A stretch of DNA of 64,000 nt from assembly GCA_008632985.1 (NCBI GenBank), contig QPGO01000036.1, positions 1-64,000 on the forward strand. Direction: 5' to 3'. Source of the DNA: Psammoneis japonica. Taxonomy: Eukaryota. The position numbers and the translations under genes were made by a program. The notes under the pieces were generated by a model. It ran no database searches and was not told the DNA's origin. It saw only the letters and a list, made by a program, of their open reading frames with translations. How positions within the stretch are numbered: position 1 is the stretch's first letter; every line of letters starts with the position of its first letter. This document shows positions 1 through 13,112 of the stretch, in pieces.

Positions 1-1221
1 GTCGTCGTTACTCTCTTCCGCAAAGTTAACGGGTAACGGATCTATTCTGTCCAAGTCATCGACACTGGGACACGATTGTTGCGGTTCCTTTGTCTCGCAT
101 TTTTGCTTCTTACCCTCTGTCTGCTGCATTGAATGTCGAGCTATTGAAGCACTAAGAACGTGTAACACCTCATGATCTCGTAGGACTCGTAAGTTGAAAT
201 GCTCAAACCATCGGTCAATCTGAAAAGAAAAAGCTGGTACTCGCACGAGGACTTGCTTTTGCAAACTTTGCTTGACGATCCCACGTCGACCCTTAAATAT
301 CCCTTCTAGGATTTCTACAACTGAGCCCGGTATAACTGGTAAGGATGTGCCTTTAATCCCATGGGATCGTATGCCCATACCGCCACTCCAATCAATTTGT
401 GGTTGACGAGTCAACGAAATGGTACACGGGTTCAGCACGCACAAACTATCTGGCGCTCCTGCGCCAAGAGTATACCGTTTCCCATTGTTTAAATGTGACT
501 TCTTTATTCTCGTTTGTGAGTCCCCTCCTCTCTCACCCTGCTCAATATACCTTCTGTTCTCCATAGGTACAGACGCACACACAAGAGTTCCTCCATTGTC
601 TATGGTTCCAGGCTCAAGCCTTCTTCGTTTTCTCGGGCGCTTTCGACACTTGTCGAGTTCAAAATTATGCGTTTGTATTCTTCTCACCTCTTTAAAGGCA
701 AACCGCTGAGATCGAGATGAGTCTCTAAGTTGTTGGTTCTTTTGGATTGAAGATGAAGCGTCGGAGGAGGAGATGTCATCGTGCTCGGAATCGCTCACAA
801 AGGCCTTGCTACATGGTACAATTACAATAGCACGAGCAGGATATTCATCGTCGCCCAAAGTTAGCTTCGATATTATCGAAGCTTCATCACTTCCCTCATC
901 AGAGCTAATTCTGACTATCATTCCCTTGTTTGCTAAGTTTTCCTTTCTCTCGGGCATGACGTACCGGTAAGAGCACTCCGCCGTGACCAACCCAGGCGGA
1001 CATGCTGATAACCCACTTCTCTCCCGCATGCAATGTCTGGCAGCAGAAGCAACGAATAAGTTGGAAAGCACTGCTAGGATTCTTCTTGCGGGTTGTCTTT
1101 CGTATTTGTTGCAACAATAGCGTCGTCCGCACAAAAGATCGGGTTGGTACTTTAAAAGTTGATGCGAGCCGTCGCAATAACACGCACTGGTCTTGGTGTC
1201 CGGTGTCCAGTCAGCACGCAT
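1..1221 (-). CDS. Hypothetical KOW-motif protein, 3'-truncated by the window edge
   Basis: Manually read minus-strand frame is open from ATG at 1221 to position 1 (absent from the ORF track because no stop is reached). It contains a basic NLS-like stretch KRPRKRRR and a KOW-like motif PGSVVEILEGIFKGRRGIVK. Confidence 0.55.
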   Translation of the reverse strand, partial: MRADWTPDTKTSACYCDGSHQLLKYQPDLLCGRRYCCNKYERQPARRILAVLSNLFVASAARHCMRERSGLSACPPGLVTAECSYRYVMPERKENLANKGMIVRISSDEGSDEASIISKLTLGDDEYPARAIVIVPCSKAFVSDSEHDDISSSDASSSIQKNQQLRDSSRSQRFAFKEVRRIQTHNFELDKCRKRPRKRRRLEPGTIDNGGTLVCASVPMENRRYIEQGERGGDSQTRIKKSHLNNGKRYTLGAGAPDSLCVLNPCTISLTRQPQIDWSGGMGIRSHGIKGTSLPVIPGSVVEILEGIFKGRRGIVKQSLQKQVLVRVPAFSFQIDRWFEHFNLRVLRDHEVLHVLSASIARHSMQQTEGKKQKCETKEPQQSCPSVDDLDRIDPLPVNFAEESNDD

Positions 1222-1535
1222 TAGACGACTCCCAGACAGCAATGCAAATCATGCGTTGAAGCACGGATGAACGATCCAAATCGAAAATCAAACCTAAGAT
1301 TTATATATAAGCTTCTGAAGAAAACTTATATCGCGTATCAGGATCAGTTCAACGGTTCAACTTGGATGAAAAAAGACGGAAGGACGGTAAGACGTGAAGT
1401 ACCATCGCCCAAACTGCAAAAAAGGCTCTGATTGCGAACCCAGAACTTCCCAAAAATGCGGTGGAAGACATTTCGGTAAAGATTTCATGCTCGTGGCTGG
1501 TTAACGATAAGCCCATAGCCCAATCTCTTTGTCTG

Positions 1536-1672
1536 ACTTCGAGCCAAAGTAAGCTAAATGGTTAGTGTAAATCGTTAAGTGTCATTTCCACTTCGACACA
1601 AAGAAAGCTAAATGGTTAGTGTAAATCGTTAAGTGTCATTTCCACTTCCATACAAAGACAGCTAAATGCTTA
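1536..1672. repeat. 54-bp tandem repeat, about 2.5 copies
   Basis: caaag.aagctaaatggttagtgtaaatcgttaagtgtcatttccacttc units start at 1545, 1599 and 1653. Confidence 0.9.
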
Positions 1673-2109
1673 ACGGTAGTGGTCAGATTTCAAAATCTGA
1701 GCAATACAGAAATGTCAATGATGAATAAGGATTTTAGATTGCTTCTGCCGTAAATATCATTACGCCAATGCCACTAATGAATACACAAATGAATTTGTAT
1801 TCCATCCTTTTCCTGAACTTTGATCTATCGGCATTTTCGATACGAGTACTCGACGCGATGACAACAATGAGGCATGCTTGTATGTGTCATGGCCATAAGC
1901 TGTGAGGCGTACCGTCACATTTGGATTGAACTCGGGGATCTTGATGTCGAAAGTAGCCATTTGTTTGACATTCGTGATTTTTCATCGCCCACAAACTGGG
2001 ATTTCAACTGAGTCGAGTTGATGTTGGACGTGTTTCAAAGCACTGCGTTTGATGAAACAATTGAGGGCTCTGGAATTATGGCATTTTATGCCATGGAGAC
2101 TTAAAACAG

Positions 2110-4060
2110 TAAATGGGTTGACAATCAAGCAGTGATCGGGTTTGCCAACATTTCCAAAAATGTGACAACAAAAATTGCATCACTCAACAACCAACAACAT
2201 CTCAAGAGATGGAAACAAGAAAAGTGACTCCTCTTTGCACTTGAATTAAAAGAGACAACAATGCACAACAAACATTTGAGAAGGACAAGAAGCTCTTGAA
2301 TGCATGGAACCAGAAGAGAGTCAATGAATCGCTCTTGTTTTGAACCTCTTGACCTGTTCTGTCCATGATGGTGGTTGGTTGAAAGGTTGGTGGTGGTTTT
2401 TTTATGTGACTTGCAGCTTGAGGCATGTTGATGCATGAACACATGGCCCATGTGTGGTGTCACCTTTGGAAAGTGCCACTTGTGGAGCTTGAGTGGACAA
2501 CTCTCTGTGCTCAAGCTTTGTCCGCCAAATGCTCCATCAAAGTCCAGATGCTGCCACATCCCACCCGACCATTGACACAAAACAGTTCTTGCAAAATGTT
2601 GTTGCCTGTTTCCCTCTTCCTCTGCAGAGCAGCCCTCTTGGCGACAGTGCTGCCCACATGCCAGAATGTGCTCAAGAATGCTTTCCATTTTGCCAGCAAA
2701 GATGCCCAACGCGGGGCTGTGTGGGCTCGAATCTCTCTCAAGACAAGCTGACATTTGTGCCTGGCACTGGCGGCAATGCTGAGCCCTCCTTCCTGTTTGA
2801 CTTCCCAGGAGTGTGCCCAGATCTCCTGCGTGCTGAGTGGCTCAACCACAAGAGTCGCTGTCTTTGTCAGTTTTGTCAGCAGGATGTGCCAAGGCTGCTC
2901 TGGCCATGTGTGCACAAGGACAGCTGCGACAGGCTTTCTGCTGTCAGCAAAGAGTGTGAGCTGGCTGGACTGCCCAACCCCACACTTCACAGCTCCTTGG
3001 CAGTCACTCCAAATCAAGTGCCAACTTGGGGTCAACCGCACCTGGCTGGTTGCAATGCAAAGACAGCTGTGGCAGCACTTTGTGACAACAAAGAGAGTGC
3101 GAGCTGGCTGGGCTCCCAACCCCACACTTCACAGCCCCTCAGCACTGGCTCCCAATCAAATGCCAACTTGGGGCCAATGGCTGTGAAGCCATCATTGCAA
3201 ATCCCTGTGCCTGCCCCCTCACACAGCTTTGCACAGGGTCAACATGTGTGGCCTTTGCAAGATGGGCCCTGGCTGGCTGCTGGCTCCTCAGCCACACGGC
3301 TTGCACAACAAGCCACCACAACACAGAGCACTGTGGGGTGAGTGCAGCACAGCCCAAACAAGCACACCATGCTGAGATCACCCAGAGTTGGCTGCTGTCC
3401 TGGGGCTCCATTCAAAGCTAAGCTGGGCTGCTTGGCTCCTTGGTGTGCAGCACATGCTTGGCATCACATTCTTGTTGCCAAGCAGCCACATGGCATGTGC
3501 CCACCATTTGTGCCTGCAACAGCGACCCCAGCCACAAAGAAGCCAACAAAAAGTTGAACCTGGTTTTGTGGTTGAAGAGTGAAGAAACTGTGAGTGAAGT
3601 TTGGTTCAAGATTTGTTGGCAATGCCAAGTGGGCAACCAAAGAGAGGCACCAAAAATGGCTGTTCTCGCTCATTTCTCAAGAGGAGCTTGCGCTCATGAT
3701 GCAGGGTCTGAAGCAAGCACCAGCCAAGACAACAGTTTTTTTCTCTCTGCCCTGCTTAAAACACAGCCTTTGAGTCAATGTGGTGCTCCTTCAACAACTC
3801 ACGCACACTGGGAAGAGCAGCTGGAGCCAGGGCAGCTGGCCTGGCAGGGCTTGGCTGACACCCAAGCTGGGCTGCTCAGCCTGGTGGCACACACTCAGTG
3901 CCACATTGTCACCCTCCTGCAACTGCAATGTGCCCCACTCTTTGCACCTGCAGCAACCACCCTGGATCAAAAGAAGCCAGTGCAACTCTGGCCATGGTTG
4001 CATGGTCAATTGTGTGTGTGTGTTCAACGGTTGATTCCCCTCTTTTTTTCTCTTTTCCTT
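2110..4060. mobile_element. Degenerate repeat/transposon domain, TpA- and CpG-depleted
   Basis: Only 4 TpA counted in about 1.9 kb, none in 2405-3418; TG/CA-rich; overlapping Cys/His-rich, Tyr-free ORFs in all frames; family not identifiable. Confidence 0.6.
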
Positions 4061-4209
4061 TAACCGGCCACGAACATGAAAAAATTGCCGACATTTCAGA
4101 CATCATCTACATCTGCACTTTATCATCCCCTGTCCTAATCATTCAGTAGCTACTAGCTAGAGAGAGTAAAGACAAAGACAGGTTGTGCTTGGTAGTAGAG
4201 TTGTTTCTC

Positions 4210-7200
4210 ATGACGGAGCCTTTGACGGAAACTGTGGGGGAAAAGGAACCCTTGCTGACGGCGAAAGTCAGCAAAAAAGTTAGTTTTCACGAGGACGAAC
4301 GCACGGCATCAGGCAGAGAATTCAAAAGGGCGTTTAGCTACTTTCAAGAATGGACACAGTCCCAGCGGGAAAATGCGATGAAGAGGCAGGGAGTCGGTCC
4401 TGCGGCTTTCTTGATTTGTGATGCGATTCTTGGATTCACCGAGGATCCTGCAGAAGGATCTTTCGACCCGTACGCTGAGACTTGCCATCCATTCAAGAGT
4501 TTCATCAGCATTAAATGTCGTCGATGGGTAACGCAGCGGCAAGTAGCATATCTGTTGTCAAGAAATCTCGCCATGTAATAATATCAATTCCTGACTTTCT
4601 TTTCTTTTCATTTCCTCCCAGGCCATTTGTAACTCTCATACAGGTCGTGAGCTACCTGATGGTAGTGCTTAGCTTCATTGAACCGCCGGTTTGGTGCAGG
4701 GAGTATACAGAACCAGTTTCAGGTGTTGAGGGCTGTAAAGGTATCTTTGATATGCGCGGTGCACCGGCAGATGATCCCAAATCGGGGAATGAAGTCTACT
4801 TGTACCCAAGCACGAGAATGGTTCTCGTGTCATCGCACCATGCGCAAATGATTGAGTGGGGATGCGCAACTTTCTTGTTCCTGTTCATAATTCTTCGTCT
4901 TGGTCGTGATGGTATGTCGCTCAGGTGCTACTTACGTCCAGGGCCAAGGCAATTTGTACGATCGGTACAACTATTTGCAATCATAGGCATTGTCTGCAGC
5001 TTGCTAGTAGCACCAGTTCACGCCCATCGGTACGTTCAATATTTCGCACAAGTATTGCTGCAGATTGTCTTTGCGTTAAATTGCTTACACTTGTCTACCC
5101 TCTTTCAATTTGCTTTCGTTTAGGCCAGTGTCTTATTTTTTACGGATCATAATTGCGATAACAATGTCCAGGAACATACAGGTGAGTCGCGTGATGGTGC
5201 TGCGAGGTCGTTCAGGTTGTCGGAGATCTGAAAAAGAGGCTGCTATTGTTGCTTACAAGTATGACTTCTTTCTTAATCTTGCAAATCATAGAGAGAACTT
5301 TCTACAGTCTTTAGCATGGTAAGTGGAAAGAATTGCAATAGCGCTGGCTTAAGAATTTGCAGGTCGGCGTTGTCTAATCGATGACGCGCTACGCCTTCGT
5401 GAAGGTGCCTGAAATTTTGGACATTTTGGCCCTCCTGTTTGTCGTTATTCTCTTTTATGGTTGGGTAGGCACTATGGCGTTCTACGAAACAGATGAGGGG
5501 TTACAGCATTTCTCTAATCTGATCGAGAGCATGTGGTCCCTTTGGACGTGAGTAAGCCTTTGAGAGATTGCGTCACTTGTGTTGCTTCGTTACTAACATC
5601 TTGTCTTGCTTTGCCTTTGATCTGAGAAGTTGCGTCACAACTGCCAACTACCCTGACGTGATGATGCCTGGTTACAACGAAAATCGATGGGTAGCTTGCT
5701 ACTTTGTTTCCTTCATGATTATATCCTTCTTCTTTTTCATGAACGTCATCCTAGGTTCTGTTGTTAACTCCTACGAGAACCTTAATGAGGAGAGGGCGAA
5801 AAAGAGAAGCGAGATCGCAGCCGAGGACCTCAGGAAGGCCTTCAAATTGATGGATAAAGACAACGATGGCGTAATTGATCGAGAGACGGTCATGGCGTTG
5901 TTTCTAGTTCTCAATGAAGATTTTCCTCAACTTCCGTAAGTTATTCGTGTCGACCTGTCCTTCGTAAACTCATCCGATCGTATAGCTCACTTCTCAATCG
6001 CCACACCATGTGAAAAGAACAATCTCGGACGAAGCTGCAACGCTGATTTTTGCGGTTTTGGACAGGGATGGGGCCAATGAAGTGTCTGCGGAGGAATTCA
6101 ATGAGTTTGGCAACGTCATGTTGCTTCAGTTTGAGAAAACCCATCGATTGCAAACTCCCCTCCAGCGTTACTTCCCAAATATCTATGAGACCCAAACTTG
6201 TCAGGTAAGTGCTCTCTCTCTTATCTTCTCCGCCCTTCAACTCGTCGTTAGCAGTTCACGTTTCGGTTGTGCTCGCTGCAGCGTTTCAGCCGATTTGTTC
6301 AGTCGGACAATTTTGAGCACTGCGTTGACTTCATTCTGGTTTTGAATGCCGTTGTTGTGGCTATTCAATCGTACCCTATCCTGGTAGGGCAATCAGTGGA
6401 AGTAAATCCTCATGTGGAAGACGGTGAAATCGACACAGTATGGGAAACGATCGAGACTGTTTTCACATCTGTCTATTGCATTGAAATGATTTGCAAGCTG
6501 CTGGTTTTGGGTTGGGCGTCGTTTTCGAATTCATACCGGAACTTGTTTGATCTCGCCATAACATGCATCGCCGTTCTGGCAACTGCCTACGTTTACTACC
6601 CGAATGAATTCAGTGACAGTCGATTGATTCGTTACGTCGTGATGGCGCGAGTCCTTCGGTTGTCTCGTGTGCTCGTCGCAATCAAGAAATTTCGAGTGAT
6701 AGGGACAACCCTGATCGAAATCCTACCAGCAACTTCCCGAGTGATTCTTCTTTTGTTTTGTATCATGTACATCTTTTCATCTCTTGGGATGCTACTTTTT
6801 GGTGGATTAATCACTCGTGACCCGTCGAACCAATTGGCATACATAGTGCTTGGGACTTCGTTTGCAGAAGACGAGTACTGGGCGAACAATTTCAATGACT
6901 TGTTAGGAGGAATGAATGTTCTGTTTCACCTGTTGGTAGTTAACAATTGGACAACAACTGAATCAGGTATGATTGCAGTCACCGGCACCAAGTGGACCCG
7001 TTTGTTCTTCCTTGCTTTTCACATCTGTGGCGTCACGGTGGTCAACAATGTTGTCGTTGCCGTTGTCATTGGTGCATTCGAAAGTCAATGGGACGTATAC
7101 AATCAAAGAGAGCTCATGATAGAGGTGGTCGGGGGTGAGGCAATCATTGGAGAACGCCAAGCTTGGTTCAACGCCTCGGAGGTCACCGGGACCAAGACGC

Positions 7201-7496
7201 AGCTCTCGGGTCGGTACGTACCGTGGCGAAGTTCACTGGTGCACCATGTTGTTGCATGTTTCTCATCGCGTGACTTGTTCTCACTGATTAACCTCTCGCC
7301 ATACGGTAATCACAGTTATGTCGCCCGTGTCCGAAAATCACATTTGGGCGCACAGCGGAAATTGTTGCGCAACCTATTTACGAGAACGTCGTCTTCCTTC
7401 AATCACGGCGACAGTAGCAAGAGCGAACACAGTGCTTCGATACAAGAGGAGGAGTCGGAACACGCGGTGGGAGAGTTGGATACCATGCATACGTAA
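4210..7496 (+). CDS. TPC1: Two-pore cation channel (TPC family) with EF-hand linker, multi-exon
   Basis: Filter 1 TTANYPDVMMPGY, filter 2 LLVVNNW, S4-like RYVVMARVLRLSR, EF-hand loops DKDNDGVID and DRDGANEVS; several GT-AG introns. Confidence 0.85.
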
Positions 7497-8325
7497 GTTT
7501 ACTAATAGTACCTTTTTCTGATCCACATCTACACTGCGGTATCCTCTACATAGTGTAAGGGTTGCTTCAGTTCTCGCAGGTCGTAGAACGATGGGATTGA
7601 GGCTTGCGGAACCCGCAGCTACCCTTGGCGTTTGTACTTCTGATTTGCCCCGTCACCTGCTCCCATTTTGTATTTGGAATCATCGCGGTACCCAAGTTTC
7701 TTTTTCAAGTAAAGTTTCTGGTGCCATGAAGCAATTGTTGTTGTTAGCTACTTATCAGCCGAGCAACGTACCGTACAGTTCCATCCAGCGCTGCTACATA
7801 CCTGCTGGGTGAACCACCGCCGTGTTCTAACCGGCACACTTGTTTGACCATATGCTAACCAGCGTAACACCACCAATAGGACAACGACAATTAGTGGTAG
7901 CCATGATCCCTCTTGCTGAGGCGATGCATTTTCGCCATTGGCCTTCATGGCTGTTTCCAGTTCGCTGTTTGATGTTGTCGTTGCATGCGTGTTTGCAATG
8001 GGGCAAGGGCAATAAAGGGGCATGGTGCGGCGTCCTACTCTAGACTCGTGACTGAAGCCAAAACCGCTTTTTCGTGAGCGCTTGCGCAGGATTCAGGAAA
8101 GACCCGGATACGTGACTGAAACAAGACTCAACGCTTCGTGCGTAGCTTCCACGTACGAACTGTACCGAAACAAAATACCACAAGCACAACGCGCGAGCAC
8201 GCCACCGCGGCATCGCTAATCATCGTTGATCGTCTTCGCTCATCATAAAAAAAAAACAGACCGAAACAACAAAAACAACAGCATTACGCTAAAGGGGCTT
8301 ACACATCCGACAACAGTAGTTAACC

Positions 8326-9591
8326 ATGGCAGCACCAAAGAAATACGTCAAAATCAATGGAGTGATGAAGCTCAACCCCGAGTACAAAAAATGGAAAGCC
8401 GAGCAAGGCGGTTCACCGGCGACAACAGTAATGAGTCCGCAGGCCTTACCGGTCGTGACAAACATGCAAGACCACGAGGAGTTGAACGAAATCGTTGTAC
8501 AGGGAGGCGGACAAGAAATTCCGCTCGCTGAGTCAACCAACGCCACCATTGAGATGATGCAAGAACCAGAGATATCTCTAGGAGCTGGAATGTCTCCCGA
8601 CTCGATGGTGGACGAACTAGGAAATATTCTCAACAAGTACGAGGCCCCAATTGGACTCATGAACAAGTTGATGATGCTCAGCGAGTACCAGTCGTTAGAA
8701 TTCATTATTGATGATAGCGGGAGCATGACTCTGCAGTCAGACACCAAGGACCCCACCACAGGACAATTCCAGACGCGTTGGATGGAGGCAAAAATGCGCC
8801 TCAAGGAAATGATTGAAGTCCTGGCTTTTGTTCCTTTTGAACAAATTGGGATCGAGTTCTTGAACCGTAAGGACCGTATCAGCCTCAAACGGAACGGTCA
8901 AGACCCCCGCACCTTTCTTAGCGGCGCATACTCCCAGATTGACGCTGTATTTGCGAAAGGTCCAACTGGAACCACTCCTGCGCTTGAGAAGCTTCAAGAG
9001 TCTTTGATTCGCGGCCAAGGAGCAACCATAGCGAGGTACTTCTTTGGTGACGGAGTACCGAATGGTGGTCCCATGGCCAAGCAGGAAATCGAAAAGATTT
9101 TCATCAATCGTCAAAATCCCGAAGGAAATCCAATGACATTCATAAGTTGCACAAACGACGACGCTGCCGTTGAATGGATGAAGGATGTAGAAGAAGTAGC
9201 ACCCTACTGTTCAGAAGCTGATGATTTTGAAGACGAGGCTAGAGAGGTTCTACGGGATCAAGGTGCCGCTCTCCCGTTTTCCAAGGGATTCCATTTGATT
9301 TGCCAATTGGTGGCCGCGATGAATCCTGACGATTTGGATGCGATGGACGAAAGCATTCCTTTCACCAAGGCAACCCTGGACAACTTGTTGGGAATCGAGC
9401 ACAATGAAGAGTCGTACCGTCACTATTTCAATTGCTTCGAGGAGGCTCAACGCAAGCGAACGGTCGAAGGAAGAAGCGATCAGTTCAAGAAGAGTATCAA
9501 ATGGAACTACAATGACTTCTTGACCGCTCCGGTGGCGAGAGACATTCCACAGGTTCGTGAGGCCAAGGCGCAGCTTGCTCGATTGACATGA
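8326..9591 (+). CDS. von Willebrand factor A (vWA) domain protein
   Basis: 421-aa single-exon ORF; MIDAS motifs IIDDSGSM, TGTTP, FFGDGVPN. Confidence 0.8.
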   Translation: MAAPKKYVKINGVMKLNPEYKKWKAEQGGSPATTVMSPQALPVVTNMQDHEELNEIVVQGGGQEIPLAESTNATIEMMQEPEISLGAGMSPDSMVDELGNILNKYEAPIGLMNKLMMLSEYQSLEFIIDDSGSMTLQSDTKDPTTGQFQTRWMEAKMRLKEMIEVLAFVPFEQIGIEFLNRKDRISLKRNGQDPRTFLSGAYSQIDAVFAKGPTGTTPALEKLQESLIRGQGATIARYFFGDGVPNGGPMAKQEIEKIFINRQNPEGNPMTFISCTNDDAAVEWMKDVEEVAPYCSEADDFEDEAREVLRDQGAALPFSKGFHLICQLVAAMNPDDLDAMDESIPFTKATLDNLLGIEHNEESYRHYFNCFEEAQRKRTVEGRSDQFKKSIKWNYNDFLTAPVARDIPQVREAKAQLARLT

Positions 9592-10033
9592 GGGGATTGA
9601 CGGGAGGGGCGAAGTTCACTTTTAAAATTATAGTGTAGTTTATTGTGTGACGACATGTTGTGTTGTACGATAATTAGGATTTAAATCTCGATTCGCTGAA
9701 GAATCCACTACTCAAGAGATCCCTCAAGCATAAGAATCGGAATTGTCAATCTTGCGTTTGAATCTGCAGTACTGGTCCCTCATCGAGCATTGCGAATTCA
9801 TGGTGATGCGTAGTAACCGACCTTCGTACTCGTACGACCATAATTTGTTCATCACACATCACGTGATCGTGGTTGCCAAGGAGGTCGGACGACAGGAGGG
9901 GGGGAGACTACAAATGAATATGCCAGATCTGAACAGACTAGTAGAGACGGTCACGCTACTACTACTCTAGTCATCATGTTGCAAGGTCGCCCACTAAAAT
10001 GGCCAAGAACTCTTTTCGGGAAGAGAACCGAGC

Positions 10034-13000
10034 TCATGAGCTTTTCACCAGAAACCGCCGAGAACATCCATGAAAATCTTTATACTTGTGTCCAGATAGC
10101 ACATTGAAGTGAGATCTAATGGGTTCGGAAACCCTCAAAGCGAAGTTCATCGCCGTAAGAAGCATATTCAAAGCAATCGAACCAAAACCACCCGTCATCA
10201 AATCGGATGACAAGAAAAGCCCAGAAGTATCACCAATGAGGGTCTTTCTTGTCCCGTAGTGACATATTCGATACACGCCTGATGGAGTATCGGGCTGAAT
10301 ATCCCAGGAAATTTCAGCGAAGGACACTCCAAAATGCATGAACCCTCCCTTCCAGAAATACCGCGTACACCAATCGCCATCGACGTACTTTGTTGTCCAT
10401 GTGCCATCGTCTTCGTTCAGACGGTCAACAGAAAGGAAACTATCTTCAATTCTCTGGTTGTTCCTGGGGTTTGCGGATCGAAATGAGACCAAAACTCTAT
10501 CTCCAACAGTATACTCCTCATCTGCATCAATTGCCATGGACCCAAACTATGGTGAAAAGGACACAACGAGATTTGAGACTACTGAATCTCCTCTCGACTT
10601 CTACATAGCCACAGCTCAAGAACGTACCTTCTTCCCAATTCCAATGGTATCTAATTCGACAGGTGGGAGGAGCGAAATCTGATTCGTTGATAAGTCCGGA
10701 GGGGCAGGATCTGAGGCGGAAGGCTTGTCTTGGAGCAAATCACGCGTGATGCGTTGAAATTCTTGAATGTAAGCCTGCAGAGTGTGTGGCCCATACAAAG
10801 TCGAAGCAGCCTCATACCGTTGCGCTGCGTACTCCTCAATGGTTGTAACGTAATGAGTATAAGAGTTCGCTAACCCAGCAATCGTGATTATCGGATCATT
10901 CTGTCCTCCTTCGTGCTCTAAAATGTCTCGGACGGCGCTGCGGAGTCGTCGGCCGGCCATTGTAGTGAATTCGGAAGGAACATTGAGAATGAAAAGCTGA
11001 CCCACCCTAAAGATGGATACGGGGACAGATGCGGGATCCCAGTCGTAAGGAAGACTTGCTGAGCCTGAGTTTATGAGAATGGGTTTGGGAGCTTGGCATT
11101 CGATCTCCTCGTCCGATGGAGCTGAAAGGAAGCCAGAGACAGCGTTCCAAAACGGACTTGACTAAGTCAGTTTGTTAAAAATCGTACAGAAATAACATAG
11201 GGGACGTTAGCCTAGAACGCGTGTAAATCTTGAGAAACGCGTCGTCGTCATCAACTTACACTGTTGGAACCTTGTTCAAAATCAAACGAGCCAGGACCAT
11301 CCGTAGTACCAGCAGCAAACGCGTATCCCAATGCAGCACTGCATGTACGTGCGGTGCTTCCGTCGTCTAAGACAACAGTACGATTCGACATGTCAATGAA
11401 AGAGTGTCGGAAATTAATGTCACCGCTGAGGATTTCACTTGCATTCTGATAAAGCTCGACTGCCTTTTCGTATTGATTGCGACCAATTATCTCGGTCGAC
11501 TCATACATGTCTTCTCCAGGACCAGAGGCGATACACAATTCATTCTTTCCATTACAAGTAGACGATTTTGTGTCACATGGCAAGCCTGATAATGTAGAAG
11601 ATCGTAGTGGAATGAATCAAATGAAATGAAACATGCAGTTTGCTCGCATACTGAAAGCAGGAGACATCAGACTCACCTGTATCGATGCATCGTGGTCCTT
11701 TAGTATTTGGAGAAATGTCACCAAGGTTTGTCGAAGCAAAGGCTCCAACAAATTTGCCTTTACCAGGCAACGTATCGTCCCCGTTCATGTGTTTTTCCAT
11801 CAAGTACGAAGCATAGCCTTTATTATCTCCTGAGATGAGCTACGAAGACACATAAGGAAAAGGTTAGCACGCTAATTTCACTTTGTTCCATTCCTTCCTC
11901 ATCTAGACTCCTACTCACAGTGTTGGTGTTGTTCATGCTTGTGCCGTGAACAGCAAACCAAGACAACGCGCCAATATCTGCACCATCTTCAGATGTGAAC
12001 TTTAGGAGCCGCATGGTCTTGTCTGTATCACCTTCATCCGCATACTGGTCTCTCTCGCTTTGAGGATTCAGCAAGTAGCTGGACGGGGATCGGTTGATGT
12101 TTGATTCAAATAGAAGCCCACTGGATGTGCTTATTGATCCTGGCTCGAGATTGTCATATGCTCTTGTAGGCAGCAAGCGGCAAAGATCGGATAAGAATCG
12201 ACAAGAGCACAGATGAGCAAGCACAACAAATCCAAACACGAACCTTTTAAGCGACTGAGCAATCCCCTCTACAAAGGCATCCATAGTCTCTTCACAGAAG
12301 CCATAGCTTGTCACCTGGTATAGTGTGTATTGCAGGAAACCTGCAGGTCCAGAATGTGTGTGCGTCCCGCTATTGTCGATCAATGCAAGAAGAAGAAGAA
12401 GAAGAAGAAAAGACGAAGAATTAGACGAAGAATTAGAAAGCGACGCGAAGCAGATATTCGGCATTCCCTTCGTTGAAGGCTTACCTGATGCTAAGGTTTT
12501 CTAAATGACACAGTCTTTTACCTGAATTGCCCTGCTCTGGAAGTAATTCTTCCAACCTACGGACAACACGAGTGTTCACTAGATCACTTCCCATGCCAGC
12601 GTCGATGCTAACAAAACATATCGTTTCCTCCGGTTCAGCTTGCAGAGATGTGGTTTTATGATTCTCTGTAGCATCTGTTTCGATACTATGTCTCCAGTCC
12701 CAGCGTAGAAGCGATCGTCCGCGACCTTCCTCTTCAACTTCATCTTGGTCGTTTTTTTCACGCGTTGGTCGTTTCGCCACGATGAAAGCACGTGAACGCA
12801 GTCGTTGATGAATCCCGTGCGCTGTTTGTGACGGCGCTGCGTACCCCATCAAATTAACATTGGCGGCAGGTCCTGTACTATACAAATTGCCCAAAATATC
12901 AGAGATAATGTCCAGATTAGATTGACGCATTTTGAAAGTTACCAAACATCCCTCCCTCCTCGTACTTACATGTCATACATTCCCGCACCGATCAAATAAT

Positions 13001-13112
13001 TCCCATCAGATTGTTCATACATTTCTGCAGCGTCTCCTCCATACAACTGATACGCTAGACAAAGGAGCATGTATTGCAAAAACACAAATCGTAGCGACAG
13101 AGCTGACACCAT
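10034..13112 (-). CDS. Neutral/alkaline ceramidase, secreted, multi-exon
   Basis: Signal peptide MVSALSLRF..., YLIGAGMYDI/TGPAA, GTHTHSGPAG, WFAVHGTSMNN, AGTTDGPG, PSEFTTMAGRR, YEAASTLYG. Confidence 0.9.

Noticed and set aside
1760..1960. 66-aa ORF MATFDIKIPEF...
   Set aside because: Plausible composition, but too short and no recognisable motif.
2125..4149. Many 100-280 aa ORFs on both strands (also at 37666-41100, 50000-54450, 62100-64000)
   Set aside because: Cys/His/Gln-rich, Tyr-free and overlapping in all frames; a by-product of losing TAA/TAG codons through TpA depletion.
7748..8023. Small membrane protein ORF on the minus strand
   Set aside because: Short, with a hydrophobic stretch but no recognisable homology; cannot be supported.
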